This document shows, piece after piece, positions 30,361 through 43,526 of a stretch of DNA of 64,000 bases. The stretch comes from a virus, in the IMG/VR virus record IMGVR_UViG_3300026320_000001, positions 32,001 to 96,000 of that record, one strand, 5' to 3'. A program made the position numbers and the translations under genes. Every line of letters starts with the position of its first letter. The first letter of the stretch is position 1. A model generated the notes under the pieces. It had not been told where the DNA came from. It did no database searches and was given only the letters and a program-made list of their open reading frames with translations.

Positions 30361-31557
30361 ATGCAACCATTATATCTGTTGAAAATTGAAGTAGATGGAA
30401 ATGCAAATAAATATTATCGTATGATTCCCAATGGAGATTTATTTACTGCCGAATGGGGCAGAGTGGGTTCTAATTCTCAAACTATGGATTATTCAATTAA
30501 TGATTGGGATAAAAAGTTACACGAGAAATTAAGAAAAGGATATGTTGACCAAACTCATCTAGTATCTGAAATCACATCTAATTCTAAATCAAGAGAATAT
30601 TCTGATATAAAAAACAAATCAATTGCAACTATTGTTCAAAGATTACAATCTATGGCAAAAATAGCCATTGAAGAAAATTATACAATTTCATCCAGTAATG
30701 TTACTCAAAAAATGATTGATGAAGCACAAGCATTAATTAATAATCGTTTTTCTTTGGATTCCAATGTTGATTATTTTAATGAACAATTGATTCAATTATT
30801 TAGAATTATCCCAAGAAAAATGAAAAAAGTTTCTGATAATATTTCTCAATCTAAAAAAGATTTTGGAATTATTATTCAAAGAGAACAAGATTTGCTTGAC
30901 ACAATGAAGGGTCAGGTAATTCAACAATCTGTTTTGAATGCCGATGATAATATTGATAATGACAAGCAAACAATTCTTGATGTATTAGATTTACAATTTT
31001 CCGAAATAAATAAGACAGAAGAAAAACAAATTAAATCACATCTTGGTTCTATTGATAATAAATTTTATCAAGCTTGGAAGGTTGTCAATAATAAAACTCA
31101 AAATATATTTGACAAATTTATAAAACAAAATAATATCAATGAAAAAAAATTACTTTTTCATGGTTCAAAAAATGAGAATTATTGGAGTATCATAAATAGC
31201 GGATTGATTTTACGACCAAATGCAGTTATTACCGGAAAGATGTGGGGTTTGGGAATATATTTTGCGTCTGCGGCAGTAAAAAGTTTAAATTATAGTTCTT
31301 TGAAAGGAAGTTATTGGACTGGTGGAACATCTAATTCTGGATTTTTATCTATATTTGATGTTGCATATGGAAATCCATATAATGTTTATAATTTTGATAG
31401 TAAATATTATGAATTAGATTATAATAAATTACAAAAATTTTCACCAAATGCAAATTGTATACATGCAAGAGCAGATAGGGGAATGTTGAAAGCCGATGAA
31501 ATTGTGATATATAAAGAAGAACAATGTACTATAAAATATTTAGTGGAATTGAGATGA
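30361..31557 (+). CDS. Poly(ADP-ribose) polymerase with N-terminal WGR domain
   Basis: NKYY...WGRVG...K..KGY; IP regulatory helix; H-Y-E triad in LFHGS, GIYFA and DEIVIY. Confidence 0.9.
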   Translation: MQPLYLLKIEVDGNANKYYRMIPNGDLFTAEWGRVGSNSQTMDYSINDWDKKLHEKLRKGYVDQTHLVSEITSNSKSREYSDIKNKSIATIVQRLQSMAKIAIEENYTISSSNVTQKMIDEAQALINNRFSLDSNVDYFNEQLIQLFRIIPRKMKKVSDNISQSKKDFGIIIQREQDLLDTMKGQVIQQSVLNADDNIDNDKQTILDVLDLQFSEINKTEEKQIKSHLGSIDNKFYQAWKVVNNKTQNIFDKFIKQNNINEKKLLFHGSKNENYWSIINSGLILRPNAVITGKMWGLGIYFASAAVKSLNYSSLKGSYWTGGTSNSGFLSIFDVAYGNPYNVYNFDSKYYELDYNKLQKFSPNANCIHARADRGMLKADEIVIYKEEQCTIKYLVELR

Positions 31558-31562
31558 TATAA

Positions 31563-32249
31563 ATGCCAGTTAAAGAAAATGAAAAATATACAAAATTGAC
31601 TGTGATTGAACTAGTTGGAAAAAATAAACATGGTCATAGAATGTGGAAATGTTTATGTGATTGTGGAAATATAGTGAATGTTTCTACCGGAAGTTTAACG
31701 AGTAAGAATACTCAATCTTGTGGATGTTTATTAAAAGAATCAAAAAGAAAATCTGGTGAAAAGTTAAGAATTTTAAATAAATATGAATTCTTTGATAATT
31801 ATGGAATTGGATATACAAAGAAAAAAGAGCCATTTTATTTTGATTTAGAAGATTATGAAAAAATTAAAATATACACTTGGAGATATAATCCAGATGGATA
31901 TATAATTTCAATATCATTTGGAAAGATTATTAGAATGCATATGTTGATTATGAATTCTGATGGTTCAAAAGATGCTGACCATATAAATCATATGATTCAT
32001 GACAATAGAAAATCAAATCTTAGAATTTGTGAACATTTTGAAAACATTATTCACAGTAAGATTTATTCAAATAATACATCTGGTGTAAAGGGTGTTTATT
32101 GGGATAAAAATAGAAATAAATGGATGGCATTGATAACAGTAAATAAAAAAGATATTCATTTGGGTAGATATGATGAATTTGATGATGCTGTAAAAGCAAG
32201 AAAAGATGCCGAAGAAAAATATCATAAAGAATTTATATATAAAAATTAA
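31563..32249 (+). CDS. HNH-AP2 homing endonuclease
   Basis: WKCLCDCG; DHINH...DNRKSNLR; SGVKGVYW...W.A.I...HLGRY. Confidence 0.85.
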   Translation: MPVKENEKYTKLTVIELVGKNKHGHRMWKCLCDCGNIVNVSTGSLTSKNTQSCGCLLKESKRKSGEKLRILNKYEFFDNYGIGYTKKKEPFYFDLEDYEKIKIYTWRYNPDGYIISISFGKIIRMHMLIMNSDGSKDADHINHMIHDNRKSNLRICEHFENIIHSKIYSNNTSGVKGVYWDKNRNKWMALITVNKKDIHLGRYDEFDDAVKARKDAEEKYHKEFIYKN

Positions 32250-32267
32250 AAACAAGGAGATAATAAA

Positions 32268-35125
32268 ATGAAAGACATGAACAAAACAACTATCATATAT
32301 CATCCCGTATATCAAAAATTTACAGAATATGATGGTCAAGGTCAAATTATACAAGAAGGTTCTTTTAAGATAGATGGAAGGCAAGAAACTATTTTTGAAA
32401 ATGATAGAGCAACAGTTATGTTTCTTGGTGACAATTCAAAAGGTGTGGCAAAAATTCATCCAGACGATATTCCCAATCTTAAAATGGGAAGAAGTATTGC
32501 TTATCTTCGGGCAAGAATTTCATCTTATAAAAAGTTGTTGAGAAATAAAATAAAAGAAACACATGGCAAATGAATAATTATGATATAGAACATTTATCAT
32601 TAAAAAAACTTTATGAATTAGTTGAACATCATGCTGGTTTAGATGATAGACTTTGTGATGGTGATTGCGATGAAGAATTTCCATATATAAAATGTGATAT
32701 TTGTGAATCTAGACATTTTATAAATGAATTTGCAGAAGATATTAGAAATCATTTTCGCAATATGAATAATAATGATTTAAAAAAATATAGACATCCATCA
32801 TTGATAAAATCTTAGTTTCATAAATAAAAGGAAAAATTAAAATGTATATTTGGAATGTTATCGTTGAAGAAAAATGGAATTATCATGCTATAGATGATGA
32901 TGGTGAGACAGATTTGGAATATTATGTTGTTGCCGCAGAAGATTTTAATGAAGCATTTAATAAGGTTGTAAAAATCGCTCTTGATAATTCAAGATGGTGG
33001 AAAGATGAACATGATGAAGGCAATGGAAAAGGATTTATAAATAAACCTATTTCATTGGAATTGGTATCCATTGAAAGAGGTGATTGGTTAGATGGATAAT
33101 ATAACCCAAAAACAATTAGATGAAATTTTCAGAGACAATGATAAAATAATTACAGATGGTCTTGAAATTTTCGATTCAATGATGAAAAAACTTATCGTAG
33201 ATGTTTTTACGGGTGGAAATGAAGAACATCAAAAAAGATTAAAAATTATATTAGATAATTTTTTGGTTGATATAAATAACCGAATGGATAGAATGAGGTT
33301 TTCATAAATGAGAATTGATATAGAAGATATAAATAAAATCACGCATATTAGAAAGTTATACAATCAAATTCCATTAGAAAAAATTATATTTTATAAGAAT
33401 GAAAAACCTATGGAAATTGATTCTCGTATAATTGAAGAATTTAAATTCACTGGATTAAATAATATTGACTTTATTACAACTGGTTATTATTTAAGAAAAT
33501 ATGGTGAAAACGAATCAAGTGAAGAAATTGATACCGGATTAGAAGAATTAAAAATTCAACATATTAGTTTTCCAACAACTGGTCTTATTTTAGAATTAAA
33601 TGAATATCAAGCTAAAAATTTATTGGCTTTATTACAACTAATTGGAACAGGGTTAATTATGGAAAAATCTGAACAATATAATTCAAATGTTATTAGTGCA
33701 AATAATGGTGATTGGATTGGTGAAATTCGTTGGCAACTTGAAGATTATATAAAAGAAGATGGTCAAACAAACTTTGGTAAAGAACTTCCTGATTGGGCGG
33801 CGCAAAGAGGCCAATGGATTACCAAAAAACAATGGAAAGAAAAATATGGATAATTTATCATATTATTCAATACCAACAATCAGAATAGAATCTGATGATG
33901 AAAATGAATTTTTTGGTCTACCAAGAAAATTAATTTGGAAAAATAAAAAATGGTTATATCATGTTCATTGTGATGGTTCTGTATTTCATGTTGTTTCTTA
34001 TTATTTAATTTGGGATGGAGTTAATAAAAAAGTTGCAATGCCTTGTTCTGAAAAAAATTGCATTATGAATGCTCCAGTAAATATTCAAATTGAAGCATGG
34101 AAACTTTGTCGTGACAATGGAACGTTGATAAAATAGAATTTTTATGGAGAAAAAATGGAAGATAAAACGAAAGTGATTGAAGGAATTTCTAAAGAAGAAG
34201 CAGAAAAGATATTGAAAGAATTTGACAACACTGTTTTAATGGATTTGGCAAATAAAGAAAATGTTGTCATTTATAATGGATTAAAATTTGAAATTAAATT
34301 TTTCAATCCTAGAAATGGTGAAATCAGAATGAGATTAATTAAAGAAAATCAAGTAAAGATTGGATAATAAATGATTATTGAATTTTATGGCGACCAAAAT
34401 TTAAAAGAACTTCATAAAAATGTTGTTTTTGTATTTAAAAGATTGACAGAAAATAGAAGATGTCCAAAAGATAAATGTTCGCTATGCGATAAATTCAATA
34501 AAATTAATTTTTCAAAATGGCATCCAGAACAATCTGGAAAATATAATGACACTTGGAATATTATCGAATTGATGGAACATTATGGCTATCATTCATATGA
34601 ATATGATACCGTTTTATATACATCTAAATTTATATATCAAGAAACAGTTGGTAAACCAGATGTTATTATAACTGGAGATGGGTTGAGTTTTAATCAAGCT
34701 GTTTGCAATATGTTTGTCAAATATGGAAGATATTTAAAGGTTTTGCCAGCATGAATAAAATTAGATTAAATTGGCATGGAGATACAAAAATAGAAATTGA
34801 TTGTCACTTCTTTTCTTTTGAACCCGGTCAAAATGATGAAGTAATTAAAGATAATATAAGGGTGAGATACTTTGGAGATGATGATGATTTTCAACATTTT
34901 TCTCCAACACTTAAGGATATTTCAATTATAATGCATACGATGGTAGGTCATGGTGTTACTTGGCAATTAGCTAATGAGCTATCTAAAAGATTTAAATTAA
35001 ATCCATATGAAGTTTCTGAAAATCTTAGTGAAATTTTTGAAGAATATTATAATATTTCCGAAGATGAATCAGACCAAAGATGGGAAAGCAAAGAAAATCC
35101 ATCATTATATGCACCAATGACTTAA
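32268..35125 (+). other. Array of short hypothetical ORFs
   Basis: Abutting + strand ORFs without recognisable motifs. Confidence 0.65.
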
Positions 35126-35369
35126 GGAAACGTACATTTTATTTAAAAAATAAGAAAGAGAAATAATATGAATGGAAAGATAAAGTTAAAAAAAGGAGAT
35201 ACTATATTAGTATATGGTTCTTCTGTTGCAGTTGAATTAGAAGTTGATACAATTATATTGGTAACAGAGGATACCTTCTTATCATTTATAAAAAACTTAC
35301 CTAAAGACGCTGATTATAGAATTACATTACAATCTGATTAATAAAATAAGTGTTTTATGGAGAAAATAA

Positions 35370-35903
35370 ATGAGTGTTGTTGCAGTTAAAATTATTAATA
35401 ATGAAAAAAATATTGGATTTGAAATATCTAGTGATTCTATTATGACCAGAAATGCAACTCAATCTAAAAATAACACATCTGATTTTGTAAAACTTTATGA
35501 AATAAATGATATTGTTGTTGGAACTGCTGGATATGCAGAAGATTCTTCTTTAATGAAATTATTTATTGAAACAACAAAACCATCTAGTTCTACTGAAACA
35601 GGTTTACTCGAATTTATATCCAGATTTCAAGATTGGAAAAAAAAGAAAACTGATAATGGAAGCATAAATAGCACTTTTTTTATTGGGTATGAATATAAAA
35701 TTTTTTATATAAGTGGATGGCATATCCAACAAATAACAAAATATGATGCAATTGGTGCAGGACAAGATTTTGCATTGGCATCATTATATCTTGGACACAA
35801 TACTAAAGAAGCCGTAAAAACTGCAATTGAACTTTCTGTTTATTGTGAAGAACCCATAATAACAATAGAAAAATATATAACATTAGGAAAACAATATGTT
35901 TGA
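35370..35903 (+). CDS. Ntn-hydrolase / HslV-proteasome-beta-like protease
   Basis: N-terminal (M)SVVAV, SDS, K, GTAG and AIGAG...A motifs. Confidence 0.65.
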   Translation: MSVVAVKIINNEKNIGFEISSDSIMTRNATQSKNNTSDFVKLYEINDIVVGTAGYAEDSSLMKLFIETTKPSSSTETGLLEFISRFQDWKKKKTDNGSINSTFFIGYEYKIFYISGWHIQQITKYDAIGAGQDFALASLYLGHNTKEAVKTAIELSVYCEEPIITIEKYITLGKQYV

Positions 35904-36413
35904 AAATAATGAAAGAAAACAATTAACAGAAGAACATATGGAAAATCCAAAAGTAGGGGATAGGTTTTCTGAAATGTTGGCTTTTTGGGTTTATGTTTTA
36001 CATGTCAATAATGATTTAAAAACAATTATTACTTTATCTGCACACGCTCCTGCCGAACTTCCAAAAGACGGAAAAATTGAATATCAAACTTTTGATGAAT
36101 TTCGCACAAGATTTCATTATAGCGGAGGAGAAGATTATTGGGTATCTTATATAGATGGAAATAATGATGTTGAAGGTTGGTATTAATATTATGAACAATA
36201 TGTGGACAGCAAAATATTGGAATAAAAATCAATGGATAGATATTGAACTTATAAATATAAAATCTGGAATGACTATATATGTAGTTGAACCGGATGGAAA
36301 TGTTGTTTGGAATAATGTTTTTAATTCATCACGATTAAAAGTTACTAAAGATGCTTGTTATAATGAAGATGGAAATATAGAAATAGAATTTATTAAAGGA
36401 GAAGTTGAATTAA

Positions 36414-36851
36414 ATGACTGAAAATATTTCGATAGTATATCATGATAAAGATATGCCTCATATTGAATATGTAGATGGAAAATCTGATTGGTTAGATTTA
36501 AGGTCTGTTGAACGATACCATTTATTAAGAGGAGAATATAAACATATTTCTTTGGGAGTTTCCATTAAATTACCAGATAATTATGAAGCTTATATCATTC
36601 CAAGAAGTTCACTTTTTAAAAATTATGGGTTAATGCAAGCTAATTCATTTGGTCTTATTGATAATAGTTATTGTGGAAATGAAGATATATGGAAATTCAC
36701 AGCCTATGCAACTATGGAAACTATTATTAATAAATATGATAGAATTTGCCAATTTAGAATAATGATAAAACAACCCGATATTAATTTTGTTGTGGTTGAT
36801 AAATTGGATGGTGATACTCGTGGTGGATTCGGCAGTACCGGAAAAAAATAA
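36414..36851 (+). CDS. dut: Trimeric dUTPase
   Basis: DL, PRSS, GLIDNSY.G, RICQ and RGGFGSTG motifs. Confidence 0.95.
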   Translation: MTENISIVYHDKDMPHIEYVDGKSDWLDLRSVERYHLLRGEYKHISLGVSIKLPDNYEAYIIPRSSLFKNYGLMQANSFGLIDNSYCGNEDIWKFTAYATMETIINKYDRICQFRIMIKQPDINFVVVDKLDGDTRGGFGSTGKK

Positions 36852-36896
36852 TCATAAGGAAAGGTCATATATGACTTTTCCTTATTTATTTTAACC

Positions 36897-36925
36897 TTGA
36901 CAATTTGTGTAAAATATGATAGAAT
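36897..36925 (+). promoter_or_regulatory. Sigma70 promoter (extended -10)
   Basis: TTGACA-17bp-TAGAAT with TG. Confidence 0.75.
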
Positions 36926-39837
36926 CAAATATATTAAAAACAGGAGAATTATTATGGCAACCCTACAGATTGACCTTGAAATATCTATTGAATGTGAAAA
37001 ATGCGGGAATAAATCTAAACCAAAATTTAATGAATCTTCTGCGCGTATATGGGCAATTACAAATGGTTGGCATATAAATTATATTAACGATACTGCCATT
37101 TGTTCTTCATGTCGAACAAAAAATCTTTTAGGAATAAAAAATGGAAAAAACTAATTTTATAAATTTTTGTGGAATAGCTAATTTTGATGAGATAATTACA
37201 TCGCAATTTTTATTATATGTTTATTATAATAAATTAGAAAATAAAAATGAAATTGAATTATCTGAGTTTATTAAAAAAGAAAGAACTATTACTGAATGGC
37301 AATTTATTTGTGATGGATTTTTAGAATCTCTAACTATTGTTAAAAACGCTTGGGATATAAAATAATAAATAAAATGTGCATTTCATAATTGAGGAATAAT
37401 GGCAAAAAGAATTAATATTGATGGAAAATTTTATCGTAATCGCAGAGGGAAACTTGTTCAAATTCCTGATGAATGGCTTGGTAAAACTACTGACCGTCAA
37501 ACAATAAAAAAAAGAAATTCTATTTCTAGACGGACAAGAAAGAATAAAAATAAATCAACATAGGAAACAATAATGATAGGTATAGGTAAAGTAATTAAAT
37601 CTGTTGCTGGTGGATATGCATATTTTGAAGTTGAAAAAGATTATATAGAATATATAGATACTAAAAAAATAAAATTTCTAGTTCGTAAAATTGAAAGAAA
37701 AAATGAACATGATTTTGATATAGAAATGTTTCCGTATAAGTATGATAAGCCTGATTATCAAAACCCCGAATTTTTAACCCTATATTGTGATATAGCAATC
37801 ATAAGATATAAATAAAATACAGATTTTATCAAGGAAAATAAAATGACAATATTAAATCAAACTTACACTGGAATGCCTTGCCCACTTTCTATTCACTATC
37901 TTAAGGATACGATTAAAAACAGAGGTAACTCATCAATGATGATGCAAATATCTGTTTCAGCTTGGGAATTAGCAATAGTTTTGGACAGACTAGATTATCT
38001 TGAAAGATATGAAAAATATGTTCAAACAGCAATTGAAAAAGGTGTTCCTTATAAATGAAAATTAATATGATTAATAGCATAAATAAATATAATCAAGAGT
38101 TAAAAAATTTAAATTATCAAATAATTATTGCAACAAATGAAACTCAAATTTTTATAAATCTTATATCTGCTTATATTTATAAATCTTGGTGGCAACGAAT
38201 TCAATATTGGTTGAGATTAAAATGAAAGAAACCGTGTCATTATGAATGATTCACAAAAGTTATTATTAGATATTTCAAAAGACCCTGAAAAATCAGAAAG
38301 ATTTTTTAAGATTGTTGCGGCTGATAAATTAATTCGCAAAGGAAAATTATTGTTGATTGTTTGTTTATGTTTGTTTATTGGATTTATGTTTGGGAAAATA
38401 TTATGAAAATACAATATCATAATTGTGAAGAATTAAAAAAAGAAATTCATGGTTTGAAATATCTTGATGCATTACATGCAATAACAATATGGCATCATGA
38501 TGTTCAAAAATTTTGGATAATGTCTTTATATCAACACGCAGATATAATTATTAATTATTGTCCATTTTGTGGAGTTAAATTAAAATGAATTGTGATTATT
38601 GTAATAGTAGAATTATTGAAGAAGATGAAAATTGTTCTCATTGTGGTGCGCCAATAAAAGACTATTATTCTACAAAAGAATGGATTTCTAAATTAAATAT
38701 TTATAATAATCTAAAAGATTTTAAACTTGGAAATGAAATACATATATCTTCTCTTTCAAATTCAATAGAATATTTTGAAAAACATTCATAAAATGAAAGA
38801 TTCATAAAGGAAAACATGATTATAGAGAAAAGAAAAAATCCATCATATCAAGTTGGAGATATAAGATTAAAAAGAGGATTTATTTTTTTAAAAACAATAA
38901 ACAATATAACAAAATTTTTATCTAATGAAATTTGGACTGAAAAATTATTAGATAAAAATATATGGGAATCCTTACAATGGGGATGGAGTATGTCGAATAT
39001 AGGTGAAAGAGTTTTTATAAACAATATTCAATTAATGCATACTAGAGGTTTGGGATTCAAAGAAGGTAAAAAAAATTTTATAGAAAATATTTTGATATAT
39101 GGAAGTGAAAATAGAATAAAATATGAAATTATAAATTATTTCTTTGAAAATACATATCCAAATAAAGAATATACAATTGAATCAAGAGAAGATAGAGCAG
39201 TTTTAGTGAAATTCACAAATAATCCATATGTTCAATCAATTATCTATGATACATATAATAATTTTTTAGAAGGTATTGGAATTGATAAAAAAATTATTAA
39301 TAAATATAAGTTAAAAAATTACAATGTTTTTCATAGCAAAGGAAAAAATGAAACCACTTAAATACATAAAAGAATTATCCAAAAAAACAATTGAATGGTA
39401 TAATATTTTAAAGATTTCTGAAACAGGAACAATTCCACCTAAAGAAGAATGGGCTAAACATTTCAATGTTTCCATTGGACTTTATGAACATGTTCAATTA
39501 GAAATGAATAAATGAAAAATCCTAAAACGGTTTATTTTTGGTGGAGTGTTGGTCATGTCTATCAAGCAGAATTTGTTCGATGGGTTATTAAGAGAATGCA
39601 TAATGGCAGAGATGATACCAATAAATTAGGAGTTGCTGTTTTACTTGAATCTGATTGGTTATTTAATAATGTCAAAATATCTTATGGTTGCAAAAGAGGG
39701 CAATATATTCTTAGACCGACCATATACAGATTTATATCGTTCGTATAATAAAGCTTATAGTGGAATTGATAAAATAAGAAGACCAACTGTTGAACAAATA
39801 CGATTAATAAAATAAATCTTTTATAAAGGAATCTAGT

Positions 39838-40317
39838 ATGTCGTACAAAAATTTTAATAAAGATTTGCCAGCATCTATAAGAAATGAAAATGATATTTCA
39901 AATAAATTTTTAGAATTTTATGGATGGAAAACTTTAGGACGCGGTGGAAAAAGTAATAAATTTGATTTATTAATTCAAACAAATAAGCGTCAAATAAAAG
40001 TAGAAGCAAAACAAGATTTCACCTGTAAAAAAACTGGCAATGTTGGATTAGAATATCATTGCAGAGGAAAGCCAAGCGGAATCAATGTTACGGAATCTGA
40101 TTATTATGTTTATACAATTCACAGAAAAAATGAGATTGTTTTTAGAATTGCAAAAACCGAAGTATTGAAATACATGGTTGAGAATAACCTGTATCATCGT
40201 TGGGTTAATGGTGGAGATAAAGGTAGTGATAGTTTGAATTATTTATTTACATATAATGTATTCTGCACAGGTTCTAGCAGAATATTTTTTGAGAAGGGAA
40301 CACCAAAAATTGAGTAA
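39838..40317 (+). CDS. PD-(D/E)XK-like nuclease fold protein
   Basis: FDL...VEAKQD..TGNV.LE....PSGI..T.SDY. Confidence 0.5.
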   Translation: MSYKNFNKDLPASIRNENDISNKFLEFYGWKTLGRGGKSNKFDLLIQTNKRQIKVEAKQDFTCKKTGNVGLEYHCRGKPSGINVTESDYYVYTIHRKNEIVFRIAKTEVLKYMVENNLYHRWVNGGDKGSDSLNYLFTYNVFCTGSSRIFFEKGTPKIE

Positions 40318-43300
40318 CTATATAAATTACCATAGTCATTCGCACTATAGCAATGTGATTGTTCCAGATTCGACAATTTCAAATAAAGATAGGGCGAATA
40401 GGGTTTTAGAATTAGAACAAAATGTTTTGAGTTCTGTAGAACACGGCTATGTTGGTCGTCCAATAGAAATTATTGAATTATCAAAACAATATAATTTAAA
40501 GCCTTTATTGGGTGTTGAAACATATTATGTTCGAGATAGAAAAGAAAAAGATAAAACAAATGCACATTTAATTCTTTTGGCAAAAAATGAAGAAGGTAGA
40601 AAAGAAATAAATTGGGCATTATCTGAAGGAAATGTTTCTGGATATTATTATCGTGCCAGAATTGATGATGAACTTTTATTTAATATAAATCCAAATAATG
40701 TTTGGGTTACTTCTGCATGTCTTGGTGGAATTTGGAAATACGAAGATGCAGATGATATTGTTTTAAAAATGAAATCATATTTTGGTTTGAATTTTTTCTT
40801 AGAAGTTCAGGCACATAATGTTGAACCACAAAAAGAATTGAATCAAAGAATTGTAAATCTATCTAAGAAACACAACATTAAAATTATAGCTGGTGCAGAT
40901 AGTCATATGATTTTTCCAAATCAGGCAAAAGACCGTGATGACTATTTATTATCAAGAGGAATTGAATATCCAGAAGAACAAGGTTGGTTTTTAGATTTTC
41001 CTTCATATGATGAATTTAAGAATCGATTTGAAATTCAGGGAATTTTAAATAAAAACCAAATTGTAGAAGCATTGGACAATACTAATATATTTCAAAATGT
41101 TGAAGAATATAGTTCAATAATTTTTGATAATACAAAAATTAAACTTCCAACAATTTATCCAACTAAAAATCAAGAAGAAAAAGATAACATATTTAAAAAT
41201 ATGGTTTGGAATTTATGGAGTCTTGAAAAAGATAATGTGCCAGAAGAAAAATGGAATCATTATGAAGAAGAAATTCAAAAAGAAATGGATATTATTCTTG
41301 AAACCGGAATGTCTGATTATTTTCTATTAAATTATGAGGTTGTAAAAAAGGGAAAAGAATTAGGTGGTTCAATTACCTTAACTGGTAGAGGTTCAGCACC
41401 ATCATTCTATATTACAAAATTACTTGGACTAACAACTATTGATAGAATTTCTGCATCTGTAAAAATGTTTCCAGAAAGATTTATTTCCAAAGAAAGATTG
41501 TTGGAAACAAAGTCACTTCCAGATTTTGATTTCAATCTTGGTACTCCAGAAATTTTTGCACAAGCACAGGTAGAGATAGTGGGTGAGGGTAGAAGTTATC
41601 CCATGATTGCATTTGGAACAACTAAAAATTTAAGTGCTTGGAAATTATATGCCAGAAGTGCTGGAATTGATTTTGATACTTCAAATCATGTATCAGAACA
41701 ATTAACACAATTTGAATTAGATTATAAGCACGCAGAAGAAGATGATAAAGAAAATTTAAATGTTCTTGATTATATTGACAAAGAATTACATCAAACATTT
41801 TTAGAAAGTAGAAAATATATCGGACTCGTAAATTCTTTGACTATTCATCCATGCGGTTATCTTCTTGCAGATTTTGATTTACGAAAAGAATTTGGTCTTA
41901 TAAAAATAAAAACAGGAAATGTAGAACATATCTGTGTTGCTTGTGATGGACTATTTGCAGAACAATATAAATTACTTAAAAATGATTTATTGAAAGTTGC
42001 CGTTGTTGATTTAATTTATAGAACTTATAAAAGAATTGGAATTAAACCACATCCATTACCAGAACTTTTAAAAATTTGTGAAAACAATGAAAAAGTTTGG
42101 AATATTTATAAAAGTGCTTGTGGTATGGGAATTAATCAAATTGAACAACCCGGAACTGTTGGCAGAGTTGCAAAATATGCGCCAACAAATATATCAGAAC
42201 TATCTGCTTTTGTTGCGGCTATCAGGCCGGGTTTTAAATCAAATTATAAACAATTTGAGGCACGTGAAAAATTTGAATATGGGATTCCAACTCTAGACAA
42301 ATTGATTCAAACTGATGAATTTCCACAGAGTTATATGCTTTATCAAGAAAATGCAATGAGTGTTATGGCATATGCAAAAATTCCTATGTATGAAACATAT
42401 GAGATAATAAAAAATATTGCCAAAAAGAGATATGCAAAAGTTATAAAATATAAAGAACAATTTACTGGAGGAATGAAAGAAAAACTTATTGAGGAAAAAG
42501 TTTCAATGAGAGATTCCGAAGAAACAGCCAGTATGACTTGGCAAATTATTGAAGATAGTTCAAGATATAGTTTCAATTGTAGTCATTCTTACAGTGTTGC
42601 TGGTGATAGTTTATATGGAGCATGGCTTAAAGCGAATTATCCATATGAATTTTATGAAGTATTTCTTCAAATGCTTGAAGATGATGCAGACAAAGAAAGA
42701 CTTGCAAAAACAAAGATTGAAGCTGAAAAACATTTTGGAATTAAATTTCCTCCATATCGTTTTGGTCAAGATAATAGGGGAATCATTGCCGATAAAAAGA
42801 ATAAAACAATTTCATCAAGTTTGAAAAGCATAAAAAGTTTCAACCATCAAATCAGTGAAGATTTATATGAATTAGGAAAAAACAAATATAATACATTTAT
42901 TGATTTTTTAATTGATGCCGAAGAAAATGGATATATATCTTCTAAATTTGAAAAACTTATTAAAATAAAATATTTTCAATCATTTGGAAACAATAAAAAA
43001 CTTTTGACAATTTGGGAAGAATTCAAAAAGGGTAAAAATAGATATGCTAAAAAACTTTCCGATAAATCAAAAGAAAAAAGAATTCCATTGTTGTTAGAAA
43101 TAGAAAAAAATACACCAAATGATAATTTGACTTTTAGAGAACAAATATTGGCAGAACAAGAAATTCTTGAACATGTACAAGCTGTATATCCAAATGTAGA
43201 TAAAAAATATATTTATGTTATGGGATTGAACGATAAATATGCTCCAAGAGTTCAAGCATATTCTATCAATGGTGGAACACAATCAACCCTAAAAATATAT

Positions 43301-43480
43301 AAGGCACAATTTGCAGAAAAACCATTTGGATTTGGTGATATTCTTTATTGTAAATCTTTTGAGAAAAAATTTGCTGTAAAATATGTTGATGGAGAATATC
43401 TTGAAAATAAAGAACAAATTGTCTGGTGGCTAACAGATTATAATGTTATTCAGGATGTTGATAAAATAATTGGGGGTTGA
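40310..43480 (+). CDS. dnaE: DNA polymerase III alpha subunit (family C)
   Basis: PHP H.HS.YS, GRGSA, PDFD, HPCG, YQE and FNCSHS; probable TTG start at 40310. Confidence 0.93.
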   Translation: MSNYINYHSHSHYSNVIVPDSTISNKDRANRVLELEQNVLSSVEHGYVGRPIEIIELSKQYNLKPLLGVETYYVRDRKEKDKTNAHLILLAKNEEGRKEINWALSEGNVSGYYYRARIDDELLFNINPNNVWVTSACLGGIWKYEDADDIVLKMKSYFGLNFFLEVQAHNVEPQKELNQRIVNLSKKHNIKIIAGADSHMIFPNQAKDRDDYLLSRGIEYPEEQGWFLDFPSYDEFKNRFEIQGILNKNQIVEALDNTNIFQNVEEYSSIIFDNTKIKLPTIYPTKNQEEKDNIFKNMVWNLWSLEKDNVPEEKWNHYEEEIQKEMDIILETGMSDYFLLNYEVVKKGKELGGSITLTGRGSAPSFYITKLLGLTTIDRISASVKMFPERFISKERLLETKSLPDFDFNLGTPEIFAQAQVEIVGEGRSYPMIAFGTTKNLSAWKLYARSAGIDFDTSNHVSEQLTQFELDYKHAEEDDKENLNVLDYIDKELHQTFLESRKYIGLVNSLTIHPCGYLLADFDLRKEFGLIKIKTGNVEHICVACDGLFAEQYKLLKNDLLKVAVVDLIYRTYKRIGIKPHPLPELLKICENNEKVWNIYKSACGMGINQIEQPGTVGRVAKYAPTNISELSAFVAAIRPGFKSNYKQFEAREKFEYGIPTLDKLIQTDEFPQSYMLYQENAMSVMAYAKIPMYETYEIIKNIAKKRYAKVIKYKEQFTGGMKEKLIEEKVSMRDSEETASMTWQIIEDSSRYSFNCSHSYSVAGDSLYGAWLKANYPYEFYEVFLQMLEDDADKERLAKTKIEAEKHFGIKFPPYRFGQDNRGIIADKKNKTISSSLKSIKSFNHQISEDLYELGKNKYNTFIDFLIDAEENGYISSKFEKLIKIKYFQSFGNNKKLLTIWEEFKKGKNRYAKKLSDKSKEKRIPLLLEIEKNTPNDNLTFREQILAEQEILEHVQAVYPNVDKKYIYVMGLNDKYAPRVQAYSINGGTQSTLKIYKAQFAEKPFGFGDILYCKSFEKKFAVKYVDGEYLENKEQIVWWLTDYNVIQDVDKIIGG

Positions 43481-43505
43481 CAAAACAATCTTAATATGGT
43501 AGAAT
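43477..43505 (+). promoter_or_regulatory. Sigma70 promoter embedded in a hairpin
   Basis: TTGACA-17bp-TAGAAT with TG. Confidence 0.7.
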
Positions 43506-43526
43506 CATATTAAGATTGTTTTTTTA
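43482..43526 (+). terminator. Intrinsic terminator after dnaE
   Basis: 17-bp IR aaaacaatcttaatatg/catattaagattgtttt plus U tract. Confidence 0.65.
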
